Source: Chiloscyllium plagiosum (lineage: Eukaryota). Taken from it: a stretch of 64,000 nucleotides of DNA. The stretch lies in the NCBI RefSeq assembly GCF_004010195.1, contig NC_057720.1, forward strand, positions 10,399,830-10,463,829, written 5' to 3'. Shown one piece after another: positions 37,250 through 48,569 of the stretch (position 1 is the stretch's first letter; each line of letters begins with the position of its first letter). The notes under the pieces were generated by a model. The model worked only from the letters and a program-made list of their open reading frames with translations. It did not search any database and was not told where the DNA came from. The position numbers were made by a program, and so were the translations under genes.

Positions 37250-38090
37250 CGAAGCATAGCCCATTCATCAGCTCCACTGTGGAAGCTTCTGGTTTCAAAT
37301 AAATCTCTTGGACCATAACCTGGTGTCACGTGACCCATGACTTTATTCACCCCAGTTCAACATTGGCATCTCTCACCTTGTCCAAGGTTAGAGTTACATG
37401 CCCAATCTAGATCTGACTGTTTTGGTTGTGAATTGTCTACTGACCTCTCTCTTGGTTAGAGTTAGGTGTTTCAATACGTCACTTTCACTGCACATGTATA
37501 TCAAGAACATTTCTGAAAGAAAACACCATCTTGTTGAAGTTAATCATCCGTGTTTATTTGGACATTTATAAGCCTGCAAAAGGGAACAACATTTTATAAT
37601 GTATGAGAACAGAATGCTGGTTAGTTGGCAACAGCAGAGGCATTGCATGGAGAATGCACCAGTTAGATGATGATTGCGAAGCATAGCCCATTCATCAGCT
37701 CCACTGTGGAAGCTTCTGGTTTCAAATAAATCTCTTGGACCATACCTGGTGTCATGTGACCCGTGACTTTGTTCACCCCAGTTCAACATTGGCACCTCCT
37801 CACCGTGTCCAAGGTTAGAGTTACAAGCCCCATCTAGATCTGACTGTTTTGGTTATGGATTGTCTACTGCCCTCTCCCTTGGTTAGAGTTAGGTGTTTCA
37901 ATACGTCATTTTCACTGCACATGTACATCAAGTACATTTCTGAAAGAAAACACCATCTTGTTGAAGTTAATCAGCTGTGTTTATTTGGACATTTACAAGC
38001 CTGCAAAAGGGAACAACATTTTATAATGTATGAGAACAGAATGCTGGTTAGTTGGCAAGAGCAGAGGCATTGCATAGATGATGATTGCAA
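37250..38090. repeat. ~428-bp tandem duplication
   Basis: GAAGCATAGCCCATTCATCAGCTCC starts at about 37251 and 37678. The paralogous arm (about 63190-63610) has a single copy. Confidence 0.88.
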
Positions 38091-39812
38091 GTTAACGGCC
38101 AAGCTTTGTTTACATGTCAGTGAGGCAGATTGACTCTAATTGGTCAAGGCATTGCCCTGATGAATGCACTAGAGAATGGCTGTCACCTATTTTGTTAAGT
38201 TGATGGAAGCATTATGTGTGTGCATGATCTTTGTGACTTGCAGTGGTGTTCCACAGGATTAATGTTGGATCTGTGGAACTGTTATAGCTAATGATCTTTT
38301 TGAGATGTGTATCTTGTGGAGGAATGATCTGCATGTTTCCATATGATCCCAAGTTAACTGCAAGAGAGAGGACAGTAGACAATCTACAACTAAAATAGTC
38401 AGATCTCGATAGCGCATGTGAATGGCCAATGATGTGTAACTTACAAAAGGACAAATCGATGCGGGTGAACTGAATGACTGATATGCAGTAAAACAGCTTC
38501 AAGGAAAAGTACTAACACCCTGTAGAAAATGAACATAACGTAGACATTCAAGTGTGTAGCTCTTGGAAGAAATAAGACATGAATTTATGTTTAATGTTTC
38601 ACAACCCAAGACCATGCCAAAGTACTTCACAACCAATAAAGTGTACATTTATTTAAAACAATGCAGTCACTATTGTAATGGAAGAAATGTGGCCCAATAT
38701 TGCTCAAATTTGATAACCATGAGGTAGTCTAATAGCAAAATAATGGTCAGAATATCAGAGAAAACACCTTTACCCTAGTTGGTCTGTTGCATCCTACTTC
38801 AGTAGGTAGAGCTCTGTGTTGATGCACCTTCAAAAAATTACATCACTGACAATACTCCCTCAGTACCTGTACTGAGACTGTCTGGGTGATGCTACAAGAT
38901 TCACATCCAGTTTAAAATATCTTAGTTCCCAAAGTAGGATCAAAGAGCCAGCACTTCATAACTGAGAAAAACATATTCCTCGGTGTGATTCTGACAAAGT
39001 GATGATGGGGATAAATTGTTTTTGAGTAGACAGGTTGCAAGTTAATTAATGAGTAAACAGGGGTCACAACACCAAGTTATGTTAGGCCAGAAGTCAAGTC
39101 ATGATGGCACATGGAGTTGGCTTGGTACCTCAAGACTATTTCCCTGGAGAGTAATTCAATCATTTTCCAGCTCCATCCTTGTAGAGTTTTAGGCTTACCT
39201 CCCTCGAAGAGCTGAGCAATTTCCCTGTGAATGTATTCAGCTCCCAGCACCTTCAAAGGCAGATTTGCTTTTGCAGATAGCTGGCATGGACATGATGGGC
39301 TGAAATGCCTACTTCTGCACTGCAACCATCCCACCTGTCTGCTCCATTTGCTCCAGCCGCCTGTATCGTCCCGAACTCTGCCACCAGCCTCCTCACTTCA
39401 AAGGCATTTCAAAACATTTGCAAACTTTGAAATTGTTGTGAAACATAACAATCATAACTGAGAACACCCAGGGTTAATCTTCTCTCTTTTTGCCTGTGTT
39501 CTGTTTCTTATCCAATTTTGGGGCCAGTTAGCCACAGTCCCTTTATTCCCAGCAACTTCACAGCTAGCACATCTATCCTGTGGTATATTATCATTTCCTG
39601 GGTCACTTGGGTTGTCTGGTCTAGTTTTGATTGCTTAAGGTGGGTCAGAGAAATATATCAGGCTTCTCTTCTAACCATCTTGCATTTTTACCTGTTTAAC
39701 AATCCACTTTCTGTCATAAATCAAAGTTGGGTTAAAGGTTTTTAGGACAGTCACTGTGGTGCCTTTGTGATTGCCAAGTGACATTTTTTAATGGTCAATC
39801 AATATTCCTTTC

Positions 39813-40586
39813 ATAGATTCATAGAATCCCTACAGTATGGCAACAGACCATTTGGCACAACCACTCCACCCTGACCCTCTGAAAACTAACACACCCAGAC
39901 CCATTCTCCTACCTTATTACTCTACATTTACCCCTGACTAATGCACCAAACTTACACATTACTCAACACTGTGGGCAATTTAGCATGGCCAATTCACCTA
40001 ATCTGTACATCTTTGGACGTGGGAGGAAACCAGAACATGCGAAGGAAACCCACGCAGACACGGGGAGAATGTACAAACTCCACAGAGACAGTTGCCAGAG
40101 GGTGGAAGTGAGCCCAGGTCCCTGGCACTGTGAGGCAGCAGTGCTCACCACTGAGCCACCATGCTGCGCAAATTCTTATTCACTCCATACTAACAGTCAC
40201 CAGTATCGTTCTAAACACCACATAATCCATTTCATTGCTCCCAACCTGGCAGGCCAGGTGAGGATTGACATGGTGGCTTGCATTTCCTGGCATCCAGTTT
40301 AGTGGGTATCACTCCCCCTGGTCACACAAGATGCGGGAACTGTGGCAGTAATCTTTTATTAATTTTTTCACAGGATAGTACATTGGCTCACAGCATCAGG
40401 GACCTAAGTTCAACACCAGCCCAGGTTGACTGTGGAGTTTGGACATTCTCCCTGTATCTGCGTGGGTTGCTGTTGGGTGCCCTGGTTTCCTCCAGCAGTC
40501 CAGGTGCAGGTTAGGTAGGTTGGCCGAGGTAATTACAGGAATAGGGTGGACTGCTCTTCTTTCTAAACTGTAGGGAGTCTATGATT
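39813..40586. mobile_element. HE1-like SINEs (minus 39813-40166, plus about 40372-40586); paralogs at about 60555-60843 and 60215-60430
   Basis: SINE similarity; mirrored in the inverted duplication arm. Confidence 0.8.
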
Positions 40587-40701
40587 CCTGACTGGGTCAG
40601 CATTTGTCACTGACCTGAATTGCTCAGAGGGCAGTTAAAAGTCAACCACATTGCTGTGGGTCTGGAGTCACATGTAGGTCAGACAAGGTAAAGATGGTAG
40701 T

Positions 40702-40925
40702 TTCTGGAAAACCTCAGCGGGTCTGGCAGCATCTGTGAAGTGAAATCAGAGTTAATGTTTTAGGTTCCTTCCTCTGTTCTGAGGAAGAGTTGTGAGGAAG
40801 GGTCGCTGGATGTGAAATGTTAACTCTGATTTCTCTTCACAGATGCTGCCAGACCCGCTGAGCTTTTCCAGAAATTTCTGGTTTTGTTTCTGATTCACAA
40901 CATTCGCAGTTCTCTTGGTTTTAAG
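40702..40925. mobile_element. Fold-back element of a third family (paralog at about 59615-59830)
   Basis: CTGGAAAA(C/G)CTCAGCGGGTCTGGCAGCATCTG...CAGATGCTGCCAGACCCGCTGAGCTTTTCCAG inverted arms. Confidence 0.75.
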
Positions 40926-41821
40926 ATAGTGAGGTGGTAGTGACACCTACAGGTAGGACTGGGACACTGCAGTGTGACAGAGAATGTCAACACAAAAAGC
41001 TCAGAGAAACAGGATTCAGGGAAAGAGGTACTTCCTGATTAAACTGGAGGGCAGATAGATGGTGATCAAAAATGATAATCAGAGGAATAATTCAAAAGGA
41101 AAAGTAGAAGGTGAAACATCACAGTAGAAGATATAGGGATATGGTTACACATTTTCGATGTCAAATTGCTTTATAGTTGCATTTAATTTAGACGTTAAAA
41201 GCATAAGACAGGAACAAAAGTGGCCATTCAGCCCATTGAGGCTGCTCTGTATCCAAAGAGGTCTCTGCAGTTGGGGATTTGTAATGGTGGAGCAGTTTTT
41301 CAGCAAGAGCAAGATAATATCTCCCATCACCTTCCTGAGGCCTGGTCTCCTTATTGTGTACTGAGTGCCTTTACACAGCAATCTCCTTGTTATCCAAGTT
41401 ATCTATGACATGGCCTTCTGCACTATGTGATCAATTTAAAATAAAGATAGGTGAGCCAACAGTGTTTGCTTGTCACACTCCTTGAATGATGAGTTCCACC
41501 CTGGGATTAATACCAGTGACAGCAGCGAGAGACACCGAAACACCCGAATCACCAAGATAAAGGGTTTTAATGGTGGCTGGGCTCCACAGGCTTATCATCC
41601 ACCCACAGACATTCCTACCATCGACTTCAGGATGGAGGCAAGTGGGCAGTGGGTCTCAGTCACTCTCCCACTGGATTAAATGTCCCCACTCCTACCAGCA
41701 AAGACACCAGAAGGGAATGCATTAAATTCCAACCTATGAGTCAGGTACTGGTGGATTGGCAGTGAGCACTGCTATCTCACAGCACCAGGGGACCTAGGTT
41801 CCATTCCAGCTTTGGGCAAAT

Positions 41822-42338
41822 GATTATAGAGGAGTTGCTCAATTTTTTCACGAGGTAAAGACCACCCACAGTGATACAACAAACGTTTACAATGAGATTG
41901 TTCAAGGAAGTTATGGACAGCTAGGAATAGAACAGTTCAAATCCACTGCATACCATTCAGAATCACAGAAAGCATTAGGATGGTGGACATCAAACTTTAA
42001 AAACCATGTTGAGGGCTTATAGTCAGGATTATGCAGGGGATTAGGGTAAAGGAATTCCATTTGTACTTTTGCTTTGCTATTAGGGATGTACCAAATGAAT
42101 CTTGAATTAATTTTTGTGCATGAAGTGAGAGGATCGCTGAAATTAATGAAGGAAAAGTTAGTGAGTCAGAATTCAGAAACCACACATTTGGATGATGTGT
42201 CAACGTTTTGGGATTGATTAAACAGAACAGGTGAATTGGCTCAATGACTCCGTGATGAAACTGGAAGCTGACAAGAAATTTTAAATTCTGGATTATTCTA
42301 GTGGTGATAAAATATTAGTGTTACTTCCCAATGGTAAG
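41822..42338 (+). mobile_element. Gmr1-like integrase fragment (paralog of 57815-58345)
   Basis: KSTAYHSESQ...KGIPFV...AIRDVPNES; reverse-complement match to the other arm. Confidence 0.8.
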
Positions 42339-42534
42339 TAGGGGAATTGGTCTGGATTGGTTACTTTTGGGAGGGTCAGGATGGACTTGTTGGGCCAAAT
42401 GGGTAAAAACAAGTACTGCAGATGCTGGAAATCAGAGTCTAGATAAGAGTGATGCTGGAAAAGCACAGCAGGACAGGCAGCATCTGAGGAGCAGGGAAAT
42501 CAACATTTCGGGCAAAAGCCTTTCATCAGGAGTT

Positions 42535-42867
42535 ACCTGTGAGACAAATCAATTTTCTAAATTTGCCTTTTTTTGTCTAAGGGGTGTATTTATGGGATGT
42601 TACTATACTGGAACAGTTCATTAGCATAGTTACTATATCTATTATTTTGTTAAGTTTTCCAGTCGAGTTAAGTTAATCTAAGTTCTTTTTTATCATTGTA
42701 TTTTAACTCGAGTGTTTGTATAAGTTGTGTTTTGCTAAACGCTGAATAGTTTGACCAGTCAAATTGCATCTGGAACACAGCACCTCACATTTACCTTTGA
42801 AATAAAAAAAAGTTAGGGTCGAGGCTATCTTAATATATTTTGAACAGGTCTAATCGGGCCCATAACA
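42535..42867 (+). mobile_element. Partial 3' LTR of the same family as the solo LTRs at 4965 and 22336
   Basis: Ends in CCATAACA, contains AATAAA at about 42801, and is reverse-complement similar to the left part of both solo LTRs. Confidence 0.75.
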
Positions 42868-43019
42868 AAATGCCTGATGGACTTTGGGACAGGGTGAGTT
42901 AAAAGAGAATGAACAGATCAAGCAAGCTCTGTTTGTTTGCGAGGCTGGTCTTGGACACTAATTGCAGGGTGACCTTTGATTAAAGGATTCTAAGAGACAC
43001 AATTCTGAGGCACACCCAG

Positions 43020-43760
43020 TTTAGCAGCAATGTCCTTTAGAACCTGACCAGCTCGATCAGTACTGCTGCTGCTGACCCCTTCTCAGTGGCAGACATTGAA
43101 ACCCCCCACTAACTCCACAAAATACATTTTATGCTCCTGCCTTCCTCAATGACTCCTCCAAAATGTTGTTCAACATAGACAAGAATTGATTCATCAACTG
43201 AGGGAGGATGGTGCATGATAATCAGCAGGAGGTTTCCTTGCCCTTGTTTAACCTGAAGCCATGAGACATCATGGAGTGCCAAGACAATGTTGAGGATGCC
43301 CAGGGCAACTCCCGCCTGACTGTATACCCACTGTGCCATCACCTCTGCTGGGTCTGTCCTGCCAGTATATGTCCAGAAATGGTGCTGGTGGTGTCTGGGA
43401 TGTTGTCTGTAAGGTAGGATTACAGAGTATGACTGTGTCAGGCTGTTGCTTCATTAGCCCGTCAGACAAATCTCCCAATTTTGGCACTAGTCCGCAGACA
43501 TTAGTGATGAGGATGCTGTTTCTGCCATTTTTCAGGTGCCCAGGGCAGTGCTTGGTGAGCCGCTGTATTCTTCTATGTTCTATGTTCTATGTCTATGTAA
43601 ATCTCCCAATTTTGGCACTAGTCCGCAGACATTAGTGATGAGGATGCTGTTTCTGCCATTTTTCAGGTGCCCAGGGCAGTGCTTGGTGAGCCGTCCGGTC
43701 TCATTTCTTTGTTGCGACTTTATAGTGACTGGCACAACTTAGTAGCTTCCTCGGCCACTT
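43020..43760 (-). mobile_element. Second non-LTR family, endonuclease-region fragment
   Basis: Decayed APE-like pieces (KQQPDTVIL, QDRPSRGDGT, HEVSWLQVK-like, HHPPS). Confidence 0.6.
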
Positions 43761-44414
43761 ACAGGGTAGTTGAGAGCCAACCACATTGCTGTAGGTCTGG
43801 AGTCACATGTAGACCAGACCAGGTAAGGATGGCAGATTTCCTTCCCTCAAGGAAGAGCATTAATCAGTCAGATTATTTTTTATTCTGGCAATGGTTTCAT
43901 GGTCATCAGTAGATTCTTAATTCCAGGTATCTTTATTGAATTTAAATTTTACCATCTGCCCAGAGAGAGATTTAAACCCAAGTTTCTGACGTAATGCTCT
44001 AGTGACAACACCACTAGGCCACCATCCCTCTTTCATTTGAGATACAAAACCAATGTCTAGAAATGAATTTTTCACTAAGTTTGGGATTGCTTATTCAAAG
44101 TCTGGTTAGGAACTATTGGAGTGACTATTTAGAGCTTTTCAATGGTTTAATTTCACTGTGTTGTGAGTACAGAGATAGAAAGGCTATCGTTTGTTCGTTT
44201 GTCTGTCTCTGTGTCAAAACAAGATGAAAAGCTTCAACAAGGTGTTTGTCTTTTCAGTAATATTCATATTCATCAAGAAATAGTTTATAAAAACCCATCC
44301 TTTTAAAATGGTAATGCAATTGCCCAAATATTACGTAAAGCTGAATGATGTTTTGAGGGATTACAGGAAGCAATGTATTCAATGGCGGAGTTTCATAACT
44401 AAAGGAAACACAAA

Positions 44415-44434
44415 AGATAGATAGATAGATAGGT

Positions 44435-44481
<47 letters not shown>

Positions 44482-45765
44482 TAGATAGAAAAGTACAGCA
44501 CAGAACAGGTCCTTAGGCCCACGATGTTGTGCCAAGGTTTAATCCTAATGTAAAATATAGTAACTTAACCTACGCACCCCTCAACTCACTGCTATCCATG
44601 TGCATGTCCAACAGTCGCTTAAATGTCCCCAAAGACTTCACTTCCACCACCACAGTTGGCAATGCATTCCATGCACAACTCTCTGCATAAAGAACCTACC
44701 TCTGTTGCCTCCTTTATACCTTCCTCCTAATATCTTCAAACAATTACTTCTTGTACCAGTCAATCCTGCTATTGACTGGTACCTCTGATGTCTCCTTTAT
44801 ACCTTCCTCCTAATATCTTCAATTACTTCTTGTACCAGTCAATCCTGCTATTGACTCTATCTGTTCCTCTCTATAGTTTGTACACCTCGATTAGGTCTCC
44901 TCTCTTCCTCCTTCTCTCCAGAGAGAAAAGTCCGAGCTTATTCAACCTTTCTTCATAAGGCAAGCCCTCCAGTGCTTCTCCAAAGCCTCTGTATCTTTCC
45001 TATAATAGGGCGACCAGAACTGGACACAATATTCCACGTGTGGTCGATGACACCTCCAACCTTTGTGTCATCTGCAAATTTACTAACCCATCCCTCAACC
45101 TCATCAACCAAGTCATTTATAAAAACTACAAAGAGTAGAGGCCGAAGAACAGAGCCCTGCGGGACCCCACTCAACACTGTCTTCCAGATAGAATACTTTC
45201 CATCTATAACCACTCTCTGCCTTCTGTCAGCTAACCAATTCTGAATCCAGATAGCCAAATCTCCCTGTATCCCATACTTCCTGACTTTATGAATGACCCT
45301 ACCATGGGGAACCTTATCAAATGCCTTGCTGAAATCCATATACACAACATCCACTGCTCGACTGTTATCGACCTGTCTTGACCCTCTTGACCTGCCGAGA
45401 ACCAAATCCAAAATGCCATGTCCCCTCATCGGTCTGTCTACACACTGAGTAAGGAAACCCTCTTGAACACACCTGACAAAAATGGCTCCATCCAAACCAT
45501 CTGCACTTAGGAGGTTCCAGTTGATAGTGGGAATGTTGAAATCACCCATAACAACAATCCTGCTACTTTTGCATTTTTCCAGAATCTGCCCGCCTATGAG
45601 ATCTTCAATCTCTCTATTCCTATTAGATGGTCTGTAGTAAACCCTCAATGCTTGGCTGTTCCCTTGCTGTTCCTAACTTCCACCCATACTGACTCAGTAG
45701 ACAAATCTTCCTCGCCAAACTTCATTTCTCTAGCTGTGATGCACTCTCTGATTAGCAATGCTACA
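44415..45765 (-). mobile_element. Internally deleted CR1 with (GATA)n-extended tail
   Basis: ORF 44953-45648 joins the EN C-terminus (GDFN, LDLVLG) directly to RT (DFSKAFDKVPH, PQGSVL, FADD). GATA/GACA repeat at 44415-44487. Confidence 0.9.
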
Positions 45766-47312
45766 AGTCATCTCTTCCAAAAAAGTTATGGTCCCTTGGC
45801 ATGTTGTAATATTTCAGTTTTCTTTAAAGCCATATTTACATAATACTTCTTTATTTTTCATGATGAATAGGAATCGAAGTGAAAGAATTGTAGAGATATG
45901 CTCCTTTTCTGCAATTACCCACTTTAGGACACATTACTGTCAATCAGATTTAAGCCGAACAGAATTGGATTGAATTTACAGAGTTTGCCACTTTGCATCA
46001 AAATGAAGAATTTTGTGTGAAAGTGATTGAAATCATCAACATTTGTGGGATTGCTGTTTTAAAGTAGACACCCTGGTTTTGAAATTCCTGTTCATTTCTC
46101 CATTCCCAATTGCCACTCCAGGATATTGGAAGAAGACTGTACCTAAAAATCAGGACAAATGCAACCCAGCCAATTACCACCCCATCAGTCTACCCTCGAT
46201 CATCAGTAATGTATGGTGTCATAGACAGTGCTATCAAGCAGCATCTGCTCAGCAGTAACCTGCTCAGTGATGGCCAGTTTGGGTTCTACCAGGGCCATTC
46301 AATTCCTGACCTCATTCTAGCCTTGGTTCATACATGGACAGAAGAGCTGAACTCCAGAGGGGAGATGAGAGTGACTGCCCTTTACATCAAGGTTGCATTC
46401 AACTGAGTGCAGCATCAAGGAGCCTGAGCAAAACTCTCCACTGGTTGGAGTCACACCTGGTCCATAGGAAAATGGCGTCATTGTTGGAGATCAGTCATCT
46501 CAGCTCCAGGACATCTCTGTGGACGTCTTCAGGGTAGTGTCCTAAACCCAAGCATCTTCAGCTGCTTCATCACTTCATTCCCTCCATCATAAGGTCAGCA
46601 GTGGGGATATAATCACTGATGATTGTGCAATGGTCAGCACCATTTGTGACTCCATAGATATACTGAAGCAGTCCATGCTGAAATGCAACAAGATCTGGAC
46701 AATATCCAGACTTGGACTGACAAATGGCAAGTAACATTCATGCCACCCAAAGCCAAGCTTTGACCAGCACCAATAAGAGACATTCAAACTACTTCCCCAA
46801 TGACATTCAATAGTGTTACAATCACTGAATCCCCCATTATCAACATTCTCGGGGTGACCTTTGACCAGAAACTCAACTGGACTCACCATACAAACACAAT
46901 AACAACATGATCAGGTAAGAGGCTTGGGAATACAGTACTATGGTGAGTGACTCACCTCCAAACTCCCCAAAGCCTGTCCATCATCGACCAGGCACAAGTC
47001 AGTGGCATGATGGAATATTCCCCACTTGCCTGGATGAGTGCAGCTCCAACAACACTCAAGTAGCTTGACACTATGCAGAGCAAAGCAGCCTACGAGATTC
47101 GTATCACATCCACACGCATCTACTCCCTCTACCACCGACACTCAACAGCAGCAGTGTGTACTATCTACAAGGTGCTATGAAGAAATTCACCCAAGATCCT
47201 CAGACAGCACATTCCCCGACTGCCACTTAGAAGGACGAGGACAGCAGATGCATGGGAACACTGCTATCTTCAAGTTCCCCTCCAAGCTACTCACCATCCT
47301 GTCTTGGAAATA

Positions 47313-48266
47313 CAGAGGAACCTCAATTACTTGAATATCAATTATCCAAATTTTGGATTATCCGTAGGAGATCTCAAGGTCCTGATAGAAACATTGCATC
47401 AAAGAGGTGTTTCTAACACTGACACTTATTTTGTTTACAGTGATTAAAAACGAATGCGGCTTACTGAAATGCTGCCGAGAACAATCCTGGACATTGATGG
47501 GAACCCAGGCACCGTCTCCAAATGACTGACTGCCTGCCCTCTCTCTCTCTCTCTCTCTCTTCCACCACACTTTCCCTGGAATTCTACACAGGGGTGGGTG
47601 TACCCGAAAGTCTCCTCCCCTGATAATCTCTCCAACATTGTCCTGTACAGGGCAAAGGTGGAACTTGTCAAAAAGTTGTGTGTGTTTGTGTGTGTGCTAT
47701 TTGGAGACTCTTCCCCCAAAGGCAGCAGCAGTCTTACTGTTGGTGTCCAGTTTGGCTGCCCCAAAGAGGAGGGAGGATGGGGNNNNNNNNNNNNNNNNNN
47801 NNNNNNNNNNNNNNNNNNNNNNNNNNNNNNNNNNNNNNNNNNNNNNNNNNNNNNNNNNNNNNGCAGACAGGGGTCGGACGAGGGGCTGGTTTGTGGGGCT
47901 GGACGGGATTGGGGTTGGGCAGGTTGGGGGGGTACAGGGGCAAAGGTTGGGGAGGTAGGGGCTCACGCGGGGTGTGCTGCTGTCCAGTCTCTTGAACGGG
48001 GAGCAGAATTGGCAAGTGCTCGCTGTGTCAATCCCATTGAACTGATGGGGCGGGGGGGTGTGGTTAGTGAGGCTTGAGCAATGTTGCAGGTCTCTGCTCA
48101 GTAACAAAGCCTGAGACAGAGAGAGGGAGCAAGGCAGGCAGAGCGAAGAGAAACTTCAGAAAACTTCGAGCCCCAGAGGAGTGACATTGAATCAATTAAC
48201 CGATGAATCAATTATCCGAACTAAATATTGCCCACCCATCTCGTTCAGATAATTGAGGTTCCTCTG
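47313..48266. mobile_element. Tc1/mariner (pogo/Tigger-like) non-autonomous element spanning the assembly gap
   Basis: Terminal inverted repeats CAGAGGAACCTCAATTA...TAATTGAGGTTCCTCTG, flanked by TA at 47311-47312 and 48267-48268. The host LINE is continuous across the insertion. Confidence 0.88.
47783..47862. other. Assembly gap (80 N)
   Basis: Run of N characters. Confidence 1.
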
Positions 48267-48569
48267 TATATTGTCGTTCGTTCACCGTTGCTTGGTCAAA
48301 ATCATGAATTTCCTTTCTGAATGGCATTGTAGGTCAACCAATTGCAGGTGGACTGCAGCGGTTCAAGAAGGCAGCTCACCACCACCTTCTCAAGGACCAC
48401 CAGGGACTGGCAATAAATGCTGGCCCAGCCAGGGGCACCCATATCCCACAAATGTATAAAGAAAGACAGAAAGCAGGAAGCTGTAGGTTAGTTAGGGTAA
48501 CGTACTGTCATTGGGACAATGTTAAAATCAATTGTTACAAACATTAAAACAGGGCTAATAGAGAAATTC

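Larger units (their letters stand above)
36920..44385 (+). repeat. Left arm of a large inverted segmental duplication
   Basis: Collinear reverse-complement matches of unique and repeat DNA: 38212-38502 vs 62781-63071, 39077-39334 vs 61597-61854, 41145-41381 vs 59166-59393, 44000-44385 vs 56740-57115. Confidence 0.92.
46125..48460 (+). mobile_element. Second non-LTR family RT-to-3' fragment, split by a DNA-transposon MITE
   Basis: NPANYHPISL, QFGFYQGHS and AQVSGMMEYSP motifs. The sequence resumes after 48268. Confidence 0.8.

Noticed and set aside
38212..39461. ORFs conserved between the two palindrome arms (e.g. 38212-38502 vs 62781-63071)
   Set aside because: Similarity is explained by the segmental duplication; there are no recognisable domains or splice structure.
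47598..48107. Several long ORFs in the track
   Set aside because: They are open only because they run through the N gap inside a MITE.
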